The notes: generated by a model not told the origin, from the sequence alone. Positions 18,207 to 27,476 are shown, counted from the first letter of the stretch. The stretch: DNA of 64,000 nucleotides from Gemmatimonadota bacterium (GCA_022825725.1 JAJDWE010000055.1:28919-92918); one strand, 5' to 3'. Made by a program: numbers and translations.

Positions 18207-19418
18207 CTATTCGTACCGCAGCGCTACGATCGGATCGAGGCTGGCCGCGCGCCGGGCGGGCCAGAGGCCGAAGAACACGCCGACCGCTGCGGCGAACACC
18301 ACGGCGAGGCCGATGGCCTGCGGCGCGATGGCCATCGTCCAGCCCGCCGACCGGGAGAGCATCTCGGCCGCGCCGTAGGCGAACGCGACGCCGAGAATCC
18401 CGCCCGTCATGCAGAGCGTCGTGGCTTCGAGCAGGAACTGGAGCAGGACCGCCTTTCTCGTGGCGCCGAGCGCCTTGCGCACGCCGATCTCCTTCGTCCG
18501 CTCGGTGACCGACACCAGCATGATGTTCATGATCCCGATGCCCCCGACGAGGAGGCTGACCGCGGCGATCCCGGCGAGCAGCATCGTGAACGTCTGTGTC
18601 GTCTCCTGCGCCATTTCGAGGAACTGCACGCTGTCCGAGATCCAGAAGTCGTTCTCCCGTCCCAGGGGAAGGCGGTGCTCACGCCGCAGCACGTCCTCGA
18701 TCTGCACCATCGCAACGGGGATCGCGGCCTCACTCTCGACGACGACCTTGAACTGGCTCACGCGATCGGTCCCGAGCAATCGGAACTGCGCCGTCTCCAG
18801 CGGGACGAAGATCTGCTCGTCCTGGTTGAACCAGCCCGATCCGCCCTTTTCTTCCAGCACGCCCACGACTTCGAAGGAGATGTTCCGGATGGAGATCGTC
18901 CGGCCGACGAGTTCGGCGGCGTCGGTGTTCAGCACCGCCGGGACCGCGCCCCCGAGCACGGCGACGCGCCGCCGGCCGCGGTCCTCGGATTCATCGAAGA
19001 AGCGGCCGAGCTGAAGCGTGTGATTCTCGACAGCCGCGTAGTTCGGCGTCGTACCGAGAATCCGTACGCTCGCGTTGTTGCGTCCGAACTGGACCTGCAA
19101 CTGTCCCTGCATCTCCGGGGCGACCTCCACGAGGGCCGGGGCCCCCCGCCGCACCGCTTCGACGTCTTCGGTCGTCAACCGGGCGTTCGACCCGCCGCGC
19201 ACGCCGCGGAACATCCCCTGCCCGGGGCGGACCGTGAGCACGTTGGTGCCGAGAGACTCGATCTGGTTCTCGACCTGCCGCTGGGCGCCCTCCCCGAGGG
19301 CGACCATCGTGATCACGGCGCCCACTCCGATCACGATCCCGAGCATGGTCAGGAAGGAGCGCAGCTTGTTGGCGCGGATCGCATCCATCGCGACCCGGAG
19401 AATCTCGAAGAAGATCAT
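18207..19418 (-). CDS. MacB-type ABC transporter permease (FtsX/MacB periplasmic core), no fused ATPase
   Basis: N-terminus MIFFEILRVAMDAIRANKLRSFLTMLGIVIGVGAVITMVALGEGA. A large periplasmic domain is followed by three C-terminal TM helices ending ..PARRAASLDPIVALRYE. Confidence 0.9.
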   Translation of the reverse strand: MIFFEILRVAMDAIRANKLRSFLTMLGIVIGVGAVITMVALGEGAQRQVENQIESLGTNVLTVRPGQGMFRGVRGGSNARLTTEDVEAVRRGAPALVEVAPEMQGQLQVQFGRNNASVRILGTTPNYAAVENHTLQLGRFFDESEDRGRRRVAVLGGAVPAVLNTDAAELVGRTISIRNISFEVVGVLEEKGGSGWFNQDEQIFVPLETAQFRLLGTDRVSQFKVVVESEAAIPVAMVQIEDVLRREHRLPLGRENDFWISDSVQFLEMAQETTQTFTMLLAGIAAVSLLVGGIGIMNIMLVSVTERTKEIGVRKALGATRKAVLLQFLLEATTLCMTGGILGVAFAYGAAEMLSRSAGWTMAIAPQAIGLAVVFAAAVGVFFGLWPARRAASLDPIVALRYE

Positions 19419-19425
19419 CGGATCA

Positions 19426-20895
19426 TCACCCTCCCCCGATGCCCGGCAGCCCCGACCGGCTGCGGATTCGGTCCAGGAACTCCTGCTGCGCGATGAGCGA
19501 GGTGGGCACTGCGACGATCTCCTCGCCCTCCTCGAGTCCGCGGACGATCTGCGTGTGATCGAAGTCGCTGAGGCCGATCATGACGGGCTTCACGTCGAGG
19601 AGGCCGTTCGCATCGTACCTGAACACGAAGGCCGGGCGGGGCTCGTCGGGCCGCCGCGCCGGGCCGCCCCGGCCGCCCCCGGGTCCGCCGCCTCCCTGGT
19701 TGCGGAACTGCTGCATCATCCGCCGCCGCTCCTCGTCGGACATGTTCTGGAAGACCCGCATCCGCTCTTCCTGCGACATCGACTGGAACTCCGACATCGG
19801 AACCCCGCCGATCATCGCCTCCTCCTCGCCCTCCGCCGCTCCGTCCTCCGCCGCACCCTCCGGCCGATCCTGGCTCTGGAAGTCGCGCAGCAGCGCGTTG
19901 ACATCGGCGTCGATCTCGAGGGCCCGGACGATCTGGGCGGCCTCCTGCTGGGACTTGATGCCGCTGTTCGCCACCGCGAGCACGTCCTCCTGCCGCCCGA
20001 TCACGACTTCGACGTCCGCGTTCATCCCCGGCCGCAGCAGGTCCTCCTCGTTCGAGATGCGCGTGAGCACGGCGAACATGGTCACGTTTTGTTCGACCAC
20101 CGCCTGCGGTTCGATCTTGAGGACGGACCCCCGGAAGGTCCGGTTGGGATACGCTTCCACGGTGATGTCGGCGGGCAGTCCCGGCTGGAGCCGCCCGATG
20201 TCCGTTTCGTCGACGAGCATGCGCACCTGGACCTCGGTGAGGTCGGCCATCCGCATCAGCACGGTTCCGCCGGTGAGGTCGCGCGTCCCCGTGACGACCT
20301 GCCCCTGTTCCACCGTCCGCTCCACGATGGTGCCCGTGATCGGGGCCCGGAGCGTCACGTCGTCCAGCTTGTCCTCGGCCAGTTCGAGGTTGGTCGTCGC
20401 GCGGACCAGTGAAGCTCTCGCGTTCGCCGCCGAGAGGATCGCGCTCTCCAGCTCCTCCGAGGTCACGATATCGGACTCGTGGAGCGCTTCCACCCGCTCA
20501 AGCTGGCGTTCCGCGACATAGGCCTGGGCCTCGGCCACGTCCAGATCGGCCTGCGCCTGGGCGTGCGCGTTGTTCACGTCGCGCGGGTCGATCCGCACGA
20601 GGAGCGTTCCCAGTTCGACGTTGTCCCCGAGTTCGACGGGTAGCTGGAGAACCTCGCCTCCCGCCTGCGACTTGACCTCGATCACGCGGATCGGTTCGAC
20701 CGTCCCGGTCGCCTCGACGCTGGAGACGATGGTCTGGCGCCCCGCGGTCAGCGTTTGGAGTGTCTGCTCGGGTTCGTTGGCCTCGCCGGTCGCACAACCT
20801 GCGACCGCGAGTCCAAGCGCCGTGAGGACCGTGGCGTGGCCCGGGGAACCGCCTCGCAGGCGGGGGCGACGCCGGCAGCGTTCGAATATGGACAT
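19426..20895 (-). CDS. Efflux periplasmic adaptor (MacA/HlyD family) lipoprotein with a low-complexity insertion
   Basis: ATG 20895 gives MSIFERC...LGLAVAGC (lipobox). Barrel-sandwich, coiled-coil hairpin and beta-barrel segments are typical of RND/MacA adaptors. An unusual acidic, MSxEER-repeat and Gly/Arg insert lies near the C-terminus. Confidence 0.9.
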   Translation of the reverse strand: MSIFERCRRRPRLRGGSPGHATVLTALGLAVAGCATGEANEPEQTLQTLTAGRQTIVSSVEATGTVEPIRVIEVKSQAGGEVLQLPVELGDNVELGTLLVRIDPRDVNNAHAQAQADLDVAEAQAYVAERQLERVEALHESDIVTSEELESAILSAANARASLVRATTNLELAEDKLDDVTLRAPITGTIVERTVEQGQVVTGTRDLTGGTVLMRMADLTEVQVRMLVDETDIGRLQPGLPADITVEAYPNRTFRGSVLKIEPQAVVEQNVTMFAVLTRISNEEDLLRPGMNADVEVVIGRQEDVLAVANSGIKSQQEAAQIVRALEIDADVNALLRDFQSQDRPEGAAEDGAAEGEEEAMIGGVPMSEFQSMSQEERMRVFQNMSDEERRRMMQQFRNQGGGGPGGGRGGPARRPDEPRPAFVFRYDANGLLDVKPVMIGLSDFDHTQIVRGLEEGEEIVAVPTSLIAQQEFLDRIRSRSGLPGIGGG

Positions 20896-21023
20896 CGGAA
20901 TCTCGTCTCGTGTCGGGTCCGTGAAGGGCCAGCGGGGCGGCGAAACCGCGCCGTCGTAGCACGCTGAGAGGACACCCCGCACAGGTCCGACGTTGAAGAG
21001 ATTACGCCACGCGACGCGAGCGG

Positions 21024-22385
21024 TCAGGGTTGCGGCTGGTCGAGCCTCCGGCCGAGGAGGGCCTCGATTCCCGCGAGCGCCGCCTCGTACTGGAACCGGC
21101 CGCTGACGAGATCGACCTCCGCCTGCGTGAGCGTGATCTGCGCGTCCTGGAGTTCGAGGATGGTGGCGAGGCCGAGCTGGTACCGCTCCTGCACGACCCG
21201 GAGGCTCTCCTCGCTGAGTTCGACGTTCCGCTCTGCGAGATCCACCCCCGCGAGCGCGGACTGGGCCGTCGCGTAGCGCGCGTCGAGCAGTGAACTGATG
21301 TTCAGTCGCGCCGCCCGTTCGGATTGCCGGGCCTGGTCCGCCGAGGCCCGGGCGCGGAACACCTGGGTCTCGCGCTGGAAACCGTTGAAGAGGGGATAGC
21401 TGCCGCGAAGCGAAAAGGACCAGGAGCGGTTGGAGGGAGGGAACTCCTGGTTCGCCCAGCCGTAGCCCGCGCCGACCGTAATCGACGGCAGGTAGCTGGA
21501 GCGCGCGCTCGACACCGCCGCCTCGGCGGCCTCGACGGCCGCGGAGGCGGCCTGCAGCGCTGGAGCCGTCACATCGGCCATCGCGAACAGTTCGTCACGC
21601 GTGAAGGGGATCGCGGCCATCGCGAGTTCCGCCTCGGCGGTCGGCCCCACGAGGGTTTCGGAGCCGACGACCTCGGTGAGTTCGAAGGTCCGCGTGCGTG
21701 CGTTGTTCTCCGCGTTCAGAAGCGCGAGTTGCGCGTTGTTGAGGTCCACCTGCGAGCGGAGGGAGTCCGAGCGCGTCGCCCGTCCCAGCTCCAGCTGCTG
21801 CCTGACGAACTCGAGCTGGTCCGCCTGCCGCTGGACGCGGCGTTCCTCGACGGCGACGAGTTCACGTGCCGCGACGTTCGCCGAGTACGCCTGTTTCACC
21901 GCCTGGATGACCTGGAACTCGGCCTCGCGATAGCGGGCGTTCTGTTCGACGATTCCCAGACGGGCGCCCTTCAGGTCCGTGAACCGGCTCCAGCCGTTGA
22001 AGAGCGTGTATCCGGCGTTGATCTGAGTGGAGTAGCTCGTGGCGACGATCCCCTGGCTGAGGGCGTCGAGCCGTCCCGTCGATGAGTTCGAATAACCGAA
22101 GCTCATGTTGACTGACGGGAGGAGCTGGCCGATCGCGCTCAACTGGTTGTGCTCGGCCATCTCGATCTGCGAGTAGGCCTGGAGCAGCTGAGGGTTGCGG
22201 CGCAGCGCGATCTCGACCGCTTCATCGACCGTGATCTGGCGGACGTTGTCGCTCGCCTGCACCTGCGCCTCGGCCATCCGGGGCGACGCTCCCGCCAGCA
22301 GGATCGCCGGCAGCAGGACAAACCCCCATCGACGAAGACCGGCGCTCGGCCGGCCTCCGCACCCTGATCTATGTCGAATGGTCAT
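21024..22385 (-). CDS. TolC-family outer membrane efflux protein
   Basis: Two-fold repeated alpha-helical/beta-barrel pattern typical of TolC/OprM (..ITVDEAVEIALRRNPQLLQA.., ..YLPSITVGAGYGW.., ..YQLGLATILELQDAQ..). The start is set to ATG 22385 (MTIRHR), which follows GAGGA. The longer ORF would overlap the upstream gene. Confidence 0.9.
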   Translation of the reverse strand: MTIRHRSGCGGRPSAGLRRWGFVLLPAILLAGASPRMAEAQVQASDNVRQITVDEAVEIALRRNPQLLQAYSQIEMAEHNQLSAIGQLLPSVNMSFGYSNSSTGRLDALSQGIVATSYSTQINAGYTLFNGWSRFTDLKGARLGIVEQNARYREAEFQVIQAVKQAYSANVAARELVAVEERRVQRQADQLEFVRQQLELGRATRSDSLRSQVDLNNAQLALLNAENNARTRTFELTEVVGSETLVGPTAEAELAMAAIPFTRDELFAMADVTAPALQAASAAVEAAEAAVSSARSSYLPSITVGAGYGWANQEFPPSNRSWSFSLRGSYPLFNGFQRETQVFRARASADQARQSERAARLNISSLLDARYATAQSALAGVDLAERNVELSEESLRVVQERYQLGLATILELQDAQITLTQAEVDLVSGRFQYEAALAGIEALLGRRLDQPQP

Positions 22386-22428
22386 CGTTTCCTCGCCCCC
22401 TGAGGGGCTGATTGACGTCTCTCGGTTG

Positions 22429-22890
22429 TCAGTTGTTTCGCTGCGGGTCGTCACGCCCTTGGGACCCCCGTTCGCCGCCGCGCTCCCGCCCGTCGCCGTA
22501 GCGCTGCCGCAGCAACTGCCGATAATCCTCACCCTGCTCCTCCGTCAGCGCCGACTCGATCTGCGTCCGGACCGAATCCATCAACGTCCGGTAGCTCCCG
22601 CGCAACGTCCGCATCCCGTCGCGGTAGTGATCGAGGAAGCCCTCGATCTGTGACCGTTGCTCGGCAGTCAAACCCAGTTCATCGGCGAATTGCTCGATCG
22701 TGGTCTGCCGTCCCCGCGACCCGTCATCGCGATCCCGCGTTTCGGGAGACGTAGTCTCCGCTGGCGGCTCGCCCACGGCTGCGTCGGCGAACAGATCGAG
22801 GCGGTCCGCCGCCACGCCGACTGCGGCGCCCGCCGCGAAGACGAGCGTCAGGAGCAGGATCGCCCGGAATCTCGAAGTGTCCATACGCAC
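22429..22890 (-). CDS. Periplasmic LTXXQ-motif protein (Spy/CpxP-like, 'periplasmic heavy metal sensor' type)
   Basis: Signal/TM segment FRAILLLTLVFAAGAAVG. Two LTxxQ motifs (LTAEQRSQIEGF, LTEEQGEDYRQL). Charged disordered tail. Confidence 0.75.
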   Translation of the reverse strand: MRMDTSRFRAILLLTLVFAAGAAVGVAADRLDLFADAAVGEPPAETTSPETRDRDDGSRGRQTTIEQFADELGLTAEQRSQIEGFLDHYRDGMRTLRGSYRTLMDSVRTQIESALTEEQGEDYRQLLRQRYGDGRERGGERGSQGRDDPQRNN

Positions 22891-22915
22891 CCGGTTCGTG
22901 TCGCGTTTCAGCGAG

Positions 22916-23326
22916 TTACGGATTGATGAGCGCGGCCGTCAGCACCGCGTCGCGGCTCGGTTCGACGAGGTCGATGAGCAGCGCGGGCGGGGCTTCGGCG
23001 TCCGGTGCCAGCGAACGCACCAGCCCGATCGGCTCCGGATCCACGTCCGCGGCGAGCGCGGGCGCATCCGGCAGGGAGATGCGATACAGCAGAACGCCGG
23101 CCGCGACGAGCAAACCCGCGGCCAGCGGCGCGAGCGCCGCGGACCAGCTTGCGGTCACGTCGAGCCAGGAGAGAGGCCGCCGCTCGAACAGCGCCTCCGC
23201 CGCAGCCATCACGCTCTGGCGCAGGCGGCGGCGCGTGACGTCATCGGGCCGCAGGGGCTCGAGATACTCGGCCCACGCGGGCCCGCGCCCGCCGTCCCGA
23301 TTCTGATCTCTCCTATTCGTCCTCAT
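22916..23326 (-). CDS. Putative anti-sigma factor (single TM)
   Basis: Sits immediately downstream of the ECF sigma gene and overlaps it. One TM helix (LAPLAAGLLVAAGVLLY). No zf-HC2 motif seen, so the call rests on context. The start is ATG 23326 or 23359. Confidence 0.55.
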   Translation of the reverse strand: MRTNRRDQNRDGGRGPAWAEYLEPLRPDDVTRRRLRQSVMAAAEALFERRPLSWLDVTASWSAALAPLAAGLLVAAGVLLYRISLPDAPALAADVDPEPIGLVRSLAPDAEAPPALLIDLVEPSRDAVLTAALINP

Positions 23327-23972
23327 CTGTTCCTCCGGCGCCCGAGGCGGGCGCGTCACCGAGAAGCCGGCGCAGCGCGTGCCTGCCGTGATGAAGGTTC
23401 GCCCTCGAAGTTCCGACTGCGATCCCGAGAATCTTCGCGATCTCCGCGTGGTCGTACCCTTCGAGGTCGTACATCATGACTGCCGTTCTCTGTCGTTCCG
23501 GAAGCTGCCCGAGTGCGTCGAGCACCCGCTTCCGTGCGTGTCTCCGCTCGAATTCACGATGCGGATCGTCCCGCGACGCCGCCGTGTCCGTCAGCTCCGA
23601 ATGCGTCCGCAGAAGCTCACGCCGCCGGAGGTTCAGGCACGTGCTCCGCAGCACGCGATAGAACCACGGACCGAAACGGCTTCCCGGCCGCAACTGCCCG
23701 ATCCGCTCAAGGGCGCGAATGAACGCGGCCTGCACCGCGTCTTCCGCGTCCTGCTCGTGGCGAAGAATCGACAGCGCCACCGCGTAGGCCGGGTCCGTGT
23801 ATCTCGTCACGAACAGGGAAAACGCCCGCGAATCGCCGGCCTGCACGGCCTCCACGAGGCCGGGCTCGTCCGCGCCGGGATCCGGCCGCTCCGCAGGTCC
23901 GGAGCCGGGGCCGGTCGCGTCGCCCGGCGATCCGTTACGCGTTCGCGTTTCCTCCGCCAAAGGCATCCCCAT
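23313..23972 (-). CDS. ECF-type RNA polymerase sigma-70 factor
   Basis: Region 2: FSLFVTRYTDPAYAVALSILRHEQDAEDAVQAAFIRAL...FGPWFYRVLRSTCLNLRRR. Region 4: LPERQRTAVMMYDLEGYDHAEIAKILGIAVGTSRANLHHGRHALRRLL. Confidence 0.9.
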   Translation of the reverse strand: MGMPLAEETRTRNGSPGDATGPGSGPAERPDPGADEPGLVEAVQAGDSRAFSLFVTRYTDPAYAVALSILRHEQDAEDAVQAAFIRALERIGQLRPGSRFGPWFYRVLRSTCLNLRRRELLRTHSELTDTAASRDDPHREFERRHARKRVLDALGQLPERQRTAVMMYDLEGYDHAEIAKILGIAVGTSRANLHHGRHALRRLLGDAPASGAGGTDEDE

Positions 23973-24172
23973 CGCTTGGGTAACACGCCCTCGATGCCGG
24001 CCGTTGCACCGGCTCCGGGCGGCGTTTGCCCCGGCGCTTGTTCCTTCACCGTGGCCGTCGCATCTTCGGCTCCGTGAACAACGAAACGCAAGCCCGGCCC
24101 GCCGCCGCCGAAACGCCCGATCGAGCCCACGCTCTGGCCGGCCGAACCCTCATCCAGGAACGCATCCGCGGT

Positions 24173-24622
24173 ATGAAAAAAGTCGTGGGGCGAAGGCTCT
24201 CGCCCGGCGACATCGTCCTCAGGAAAGCACCTCCCGAAGTGCGGCGCCATCTCTTCGAGGAGGCGTGCGAGCTGTACTGGAACGAGATGAGTTGGGAGGA
24301 GATCACCGAAGAGGAACTCATCGGCGACGAGGAACTCACGGAGATGATCTTCCCCGGGCTGCTCGCGCTCATCGACGCGTTCCTTCCGAAAGCTCCGAAC
24401 GGGGAGCCGGATCGAGACCGCGAGCACCGCGACGTCGTACACGACTTTCTGGATTGGCTGGCCGCTCGGCTCGTGACGCTGCGCGAGGCGCGACCCGCCG
24501 CGGAAGACGCGAGGGCGCGCAACCTCCGCCAGAAGAATGTGACGGATTCCCTCATCGACCTCATCGCGTTCCGCGTGTGCGCACTGACGATCGACGAGAT
24601 CGAGACCTACCAGAACGCCTGA
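24173..24622 (+). CDS. Hypothetical acidic protein
   Basis: ATG 24173 (MKKVVGRRLSPGD...) lies within ORF 24026-24622. The gene ends 22 nt before etfB. No family recognised. Confidence 0.6.
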   Translation: MKKVVGRRLSPGDIVLRKAPPEVRRHLFEEACELYWNEMSWEEITEEELIGDEELTEMIFPGLLALIDAFLPKAPNGEPDRDREHRDVVHDFLDWLAARLVTLREARPAAEDARARNLRQKNVTDSLIDLIAFRVCALTIDEIETYQNA

Positions 24623-24644
24623 ATTCCATTCGAAGAAAAGACGG

Positions 24645-25394
24645 ATGAATACGATAGTCTGCATGAAACGCGTGCCGGACTCGGCCACGCGGGTGAGAGT
24701 GACCCCCGACGGCGCGGGACTGGACCCGGCCGGCGTCAAGTACGTCGTGAACCCCTACGACGAGTTCGCGCTCGAGGATGCGATCCGCCGCAAGGAAGAG
24801 GCGGGGGAGGGGAAGGTGACGGTCATCGCCCTCGGCCCCCCGGAGACCGCCGAATCGATCCGCCAGGCGCTCGCGATGGGGGCGGATGAGGGCATCCTGC
24901 TCGCGTGCGCGGGCTCGCACGACGCGCTCTCCGTGGCGCGGGCGCTCGCCGACGAGATTCGCGGCCGCGAAGTCGACCTCGTGCTGTTCGGGAAGCAGGC
25001 GATCGATGACGACAACATGCAGGTCCCGCAGATGGTGGCCGAGTTCCTGGGCCTCCCGTGCGCGACCGTCGTCGTCGGCCTCGAGATCGAGGGAGGGAAG
25101 GCGACGGCCCGTCGCGAGGTGGAAGGGGGCCACGAGGTCGTCGAGTTCTCGCTGCCGGCCGTCGTGTCGACGCAGAAGGGGCTCAACGAGCCGCGGTATC
25201 CGAGCCTCAAGGGGATCATGGCGGCGAAGCGGAAGCCTCTCGAGGAACGGGAGGTGACGCTCGATGCGCCGACCATCGAATTCCTCCGCCTCGACGAACC
25301 GCCGGCGCCGGCCGAGGGCCGGATCGTCGGAGAGGGGGTGGACGCCGTTCCCGAGCTGGTGCGGGCGCTGCGCGACGAAGCGGGGGTGCTCTGA
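24645..25394 (+). CDS. etfB: Electron transfer flavoprotein beta subunit
   Basis: MNTIVCMKRVPDSATRVRV......VNPYDEFALEDAIRRKEE...VTVIALGP is the typical EtfB N-terminus. 249 aa. Confidence 0.95.
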   Translation: MNTIVCMKRVPDSATRVRVTPDGAGLDPAGVKYVVNPYDEFALEDAIRRKEEAGEGKVTVIALGPPETAESIRQALAMGADEGILLACAGSHDALSVARALADEIRGREVDLVLFGKQAIDDDNMQVPQMVAEFLGLPCATVVVGLEIEGGKATARREVEGGHEVVEFSLPAVVSTQKGLNEPRYPSLKGIMAAKRKPLEEREVTLDAPTIEFLRLDEPPAPAEGRIVGEGVDAVPELVRALRDEAGVL

Positions 25395-26377
25395 TGCCCG
25401 GGGCGCTGGCGTACGCCGAGATCCGCGAGGGATCGGTGAGCCGGGCCTCGCGGGAGGCGGTCGGGCTCGCGCGGCGCATCGCCGCTGACGCGGGGGGAGA
25501 GACCCACGCGGTCGCGCTCGGTCCGCCCGGTACGGAGGCGGCGGCCGCGCAACTCGCCGGCTTTGGCGCCGACCGCACCTGGGTCGGCGAGTCCGAGTCT
25601 CTCGAGCTGTGTCAGCCGGACATCGCCGCCGCGGCCATCGCCCGGCTCGTCGAGGCCGGGGACTACGACGCCGTGATCTTCGCGGCGACCGCCCAGGGGA
25701 GGGACATCGCTCCCCGCGTCGGCGCGCGGCTCGGGCGGAGCGTGGCCTCGGAAGTCATCGAATGCCGCCGAGAGGACGGCGCCATCGTCGTCCGTCGACC
25801 CATGTATGCCGGGAAGGCGATCGCGACCCTGCGCTTCACCCCGGGTCCGGCCGTGATGACGATCCGGGCCAACGTCTTCGCGCCGGCCGAGGAGAGCGCG
25901 GCGGGGCAGGTCTCGAGCCTGGATCTCGAGAGTCTCGACGGCCGGGTGCGGACGACCGCCCTGGAGCAGGGGGATCGCGACCGGCTCGATGTGAGCGAGG
26001 CGACGACGATCGTCTCGGGCGGCCGCGGGATGCAGGGGCCGGAGCACTGGCCGCTGCTCGAGGGGCTCGTGGAAGCACTCGGCGACGAGGCGGCGCTCGG
26101 CGCGAGCCGGGCGGTGGTGGATGCGGGCTGGCGGCCGCATGGCGAACAGGTGGGCCAGACCGGCAAGACCGTGTCCCCCAACCTGTACTTCGCGGTCGGG
26201 ATCAGCGGCGCGATCCAGCACCTGGCCGGGATGCGCACGGCCAAGGTCATCGTGGCAATCAACCGCGATGCGGATGCGCCGATCTTCGGGGTCGCGGACT
26301 ACGGTCTCGTGGGGGACGTGTTCGAGGTGCTGCCCGCGCTCACCGAGGCGGTTCGCGAAGCCCGCCAGGGCAGTTGA
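25394..26377 (+). CDS. etfA: Electron transfer flavoprotein alpha subunit
   Basis: The ATG at 25394 overlaps the etfB stop (ATGA). The C-terminal FAD-binding signature LYFAVGISGAIQHLAGM....IVAINRDADAPIF is present. Confidence 0.95.
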   Translation: MPGALAYAEIREGSVSRASREAVGLARRIAADAGGETHAVALGPPGTEAAAAQLAGFGADRTWVGESESLELCQPDIAAAAIARLVEAGDYDAVIFAATAQGRDIAPRVGARLGRSVASEVIECRREDGAIVVRRPMYAGKAIATLRFTPGPAVMTIRANVFAPAEESAAGQVSSLDLESLDGRVRTTALEQGDRDRLDVSEATTIVSGGRGMQGPEHWPLLEGLVEALGDEAALGASRAVVDAGWRPHGEQVGQTGKTVSPNLYFAVGISGAIQHLAGMRTAKVIVAINRDADAPIFGVADYGLVGDVFEVLPALTEAVREARQGS

Positions 26378-26393
26378 GTCCGGATCGGCCGGC

Positions 26394-27434
26394 ATGAGTC
26401 TCCGGGCCGTGCGCGACGACATCGCGCGTTGGGCGGAACAGGGCGACCCCATCGCCATGGCGACGCTCATCGCCGTGCGCCGTTCGGCCCCGCTGCCCCC
26501 GGGCGCGCGGTTCGCGATCTCGGCCGCCGGGGAGTTGAGCGGTTCGATTTCGAGCGGGTGCGTGGAGGGCGACTTGCACGAACGGCTCTCCGCGCTGCTG
26601 GGCGGCGGCGCGCCGGCCTCCGTCACGTACGGAATCACGGACGAGATGGCCGCGGGCGTGGGCCTCTCCTGCGGAGGGGAGATCGACGTCCTCCTCGACC
26701 ATTACGATCCCGGCGACCCCGTCTGGCATCGCCTCTGGCAGCTCCAGGAGGCCGGCGCCCCGGGCGTCCTCCTCACCGGCGCGGCGCCGCCCACGTGCTC
26801 GCGGCAACTCCTCCTCGAACCGGACCGGTCGCTGGGAACGCTCGGGTCCGCCGAACTCGACCGGGCGGCCCGCTCCCGCGTCGACGATTGGCTCGGCCGG
26901 TCGGACGCCCGCGTCGTCGAACTCGTGCGGGACGATCCGGACAGCCTCGTCTTCGTCGAGTCCTTCGCCCCTCCGCCGCGGCTCGTCATCGTGGGGGCGA
27001 CCCCGATCGGGCATGCGCTGTGCGCCATGGCGCATCGAACCGGCTTCGAGGTCGTGGTCGTGGATCCGCGCGAGGCCTTCCTGCGGCCGGAGCGGTTTCC
27101 GGACGCCGCGTCGCTCGATGCGCGCTGGCCGGACGAGGCGATGGCCGCGCTCGATCTCGACCCCCGGACGAGCGTCGTCATCCTCACGCACGACGAGAAG
27201 CTGGATGAGCCCGCGCTGGAGACGGCGCTCAACTCCCGCTGCGGCTACATCGGTCTCCTCGGCGGACGCCGGACGCAGCAGCAACGACGAGCCGCGCTCC
27301 TCGCGCGGGGGCTGGACGAGGCGGCATGCGACCGCATCCACGGTCCGGTCGGGCTGCGGATCGGCGCCCGCTCGCCCGCGCAGATCGCCGTCTCCATCCT
27401 CGCGCAGCTCATCGACCTCGACCGAGCGCCCTGA
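26394..27434 (+). CDS. XdhC/CoxI-family molybdoenzyme maturation protein
   Basis: N-terminal XdhC_CoxI pattern (ATLIAVRRSAPLPPGARFAISAAGELSGSISSGCVEGDL). C-terminal Rossmann-like part (LVIVGATPIGHALCAMA...VVILTHDEKLDEPAL...YIGLLGGRR). Confidence 0.85.
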   Translation: MSLRAVRDDIARWAEQGDPIAMATLIAVRRSAPLPPGARFAISAAGELSGSISSGCVEGDLHERLSALLGGGAPASVTYGITDEMAAGVGLSCGGEIDVLLDHYDPGDPVWHRLWQLQEAGAPGVLLTGAAPPTCSRQLLLEPDRSLGTLGSAELDRAARSRVDDWLGRSDARVVELVRDDPDSLVFVESFAPPPRLVIVGATPIGHALCAMAHRTGFEVVVVDPREAFLRPERFPDAASLDARWPDEAMAALDLDPRTSVVILTHDEKLDEPALETALNSRCGYIGLLGGRRTQQQRRAALLARGLDEAACDRIHGPVGLRIGARSPAQIAVSILAQLIDLDRAP

Positions 27435-27476
27435 TGCTGGCGCGAGATCGCGCCCCTCAGTTTCAGTGGCGCGCGT

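Noticed and set aside
24021-24044. A possible ECF-type autoregulatory promoter upstream of the sigma gene at 23972. On the minus strand it reads GGAAC, about 15 nt, then CGCC.
   Set aside because: It matches only the -35 GGAAC core. The -10 is not convincing and the lineage-specific ECF consensus is unknown to me. It is too weak to list as a feature.
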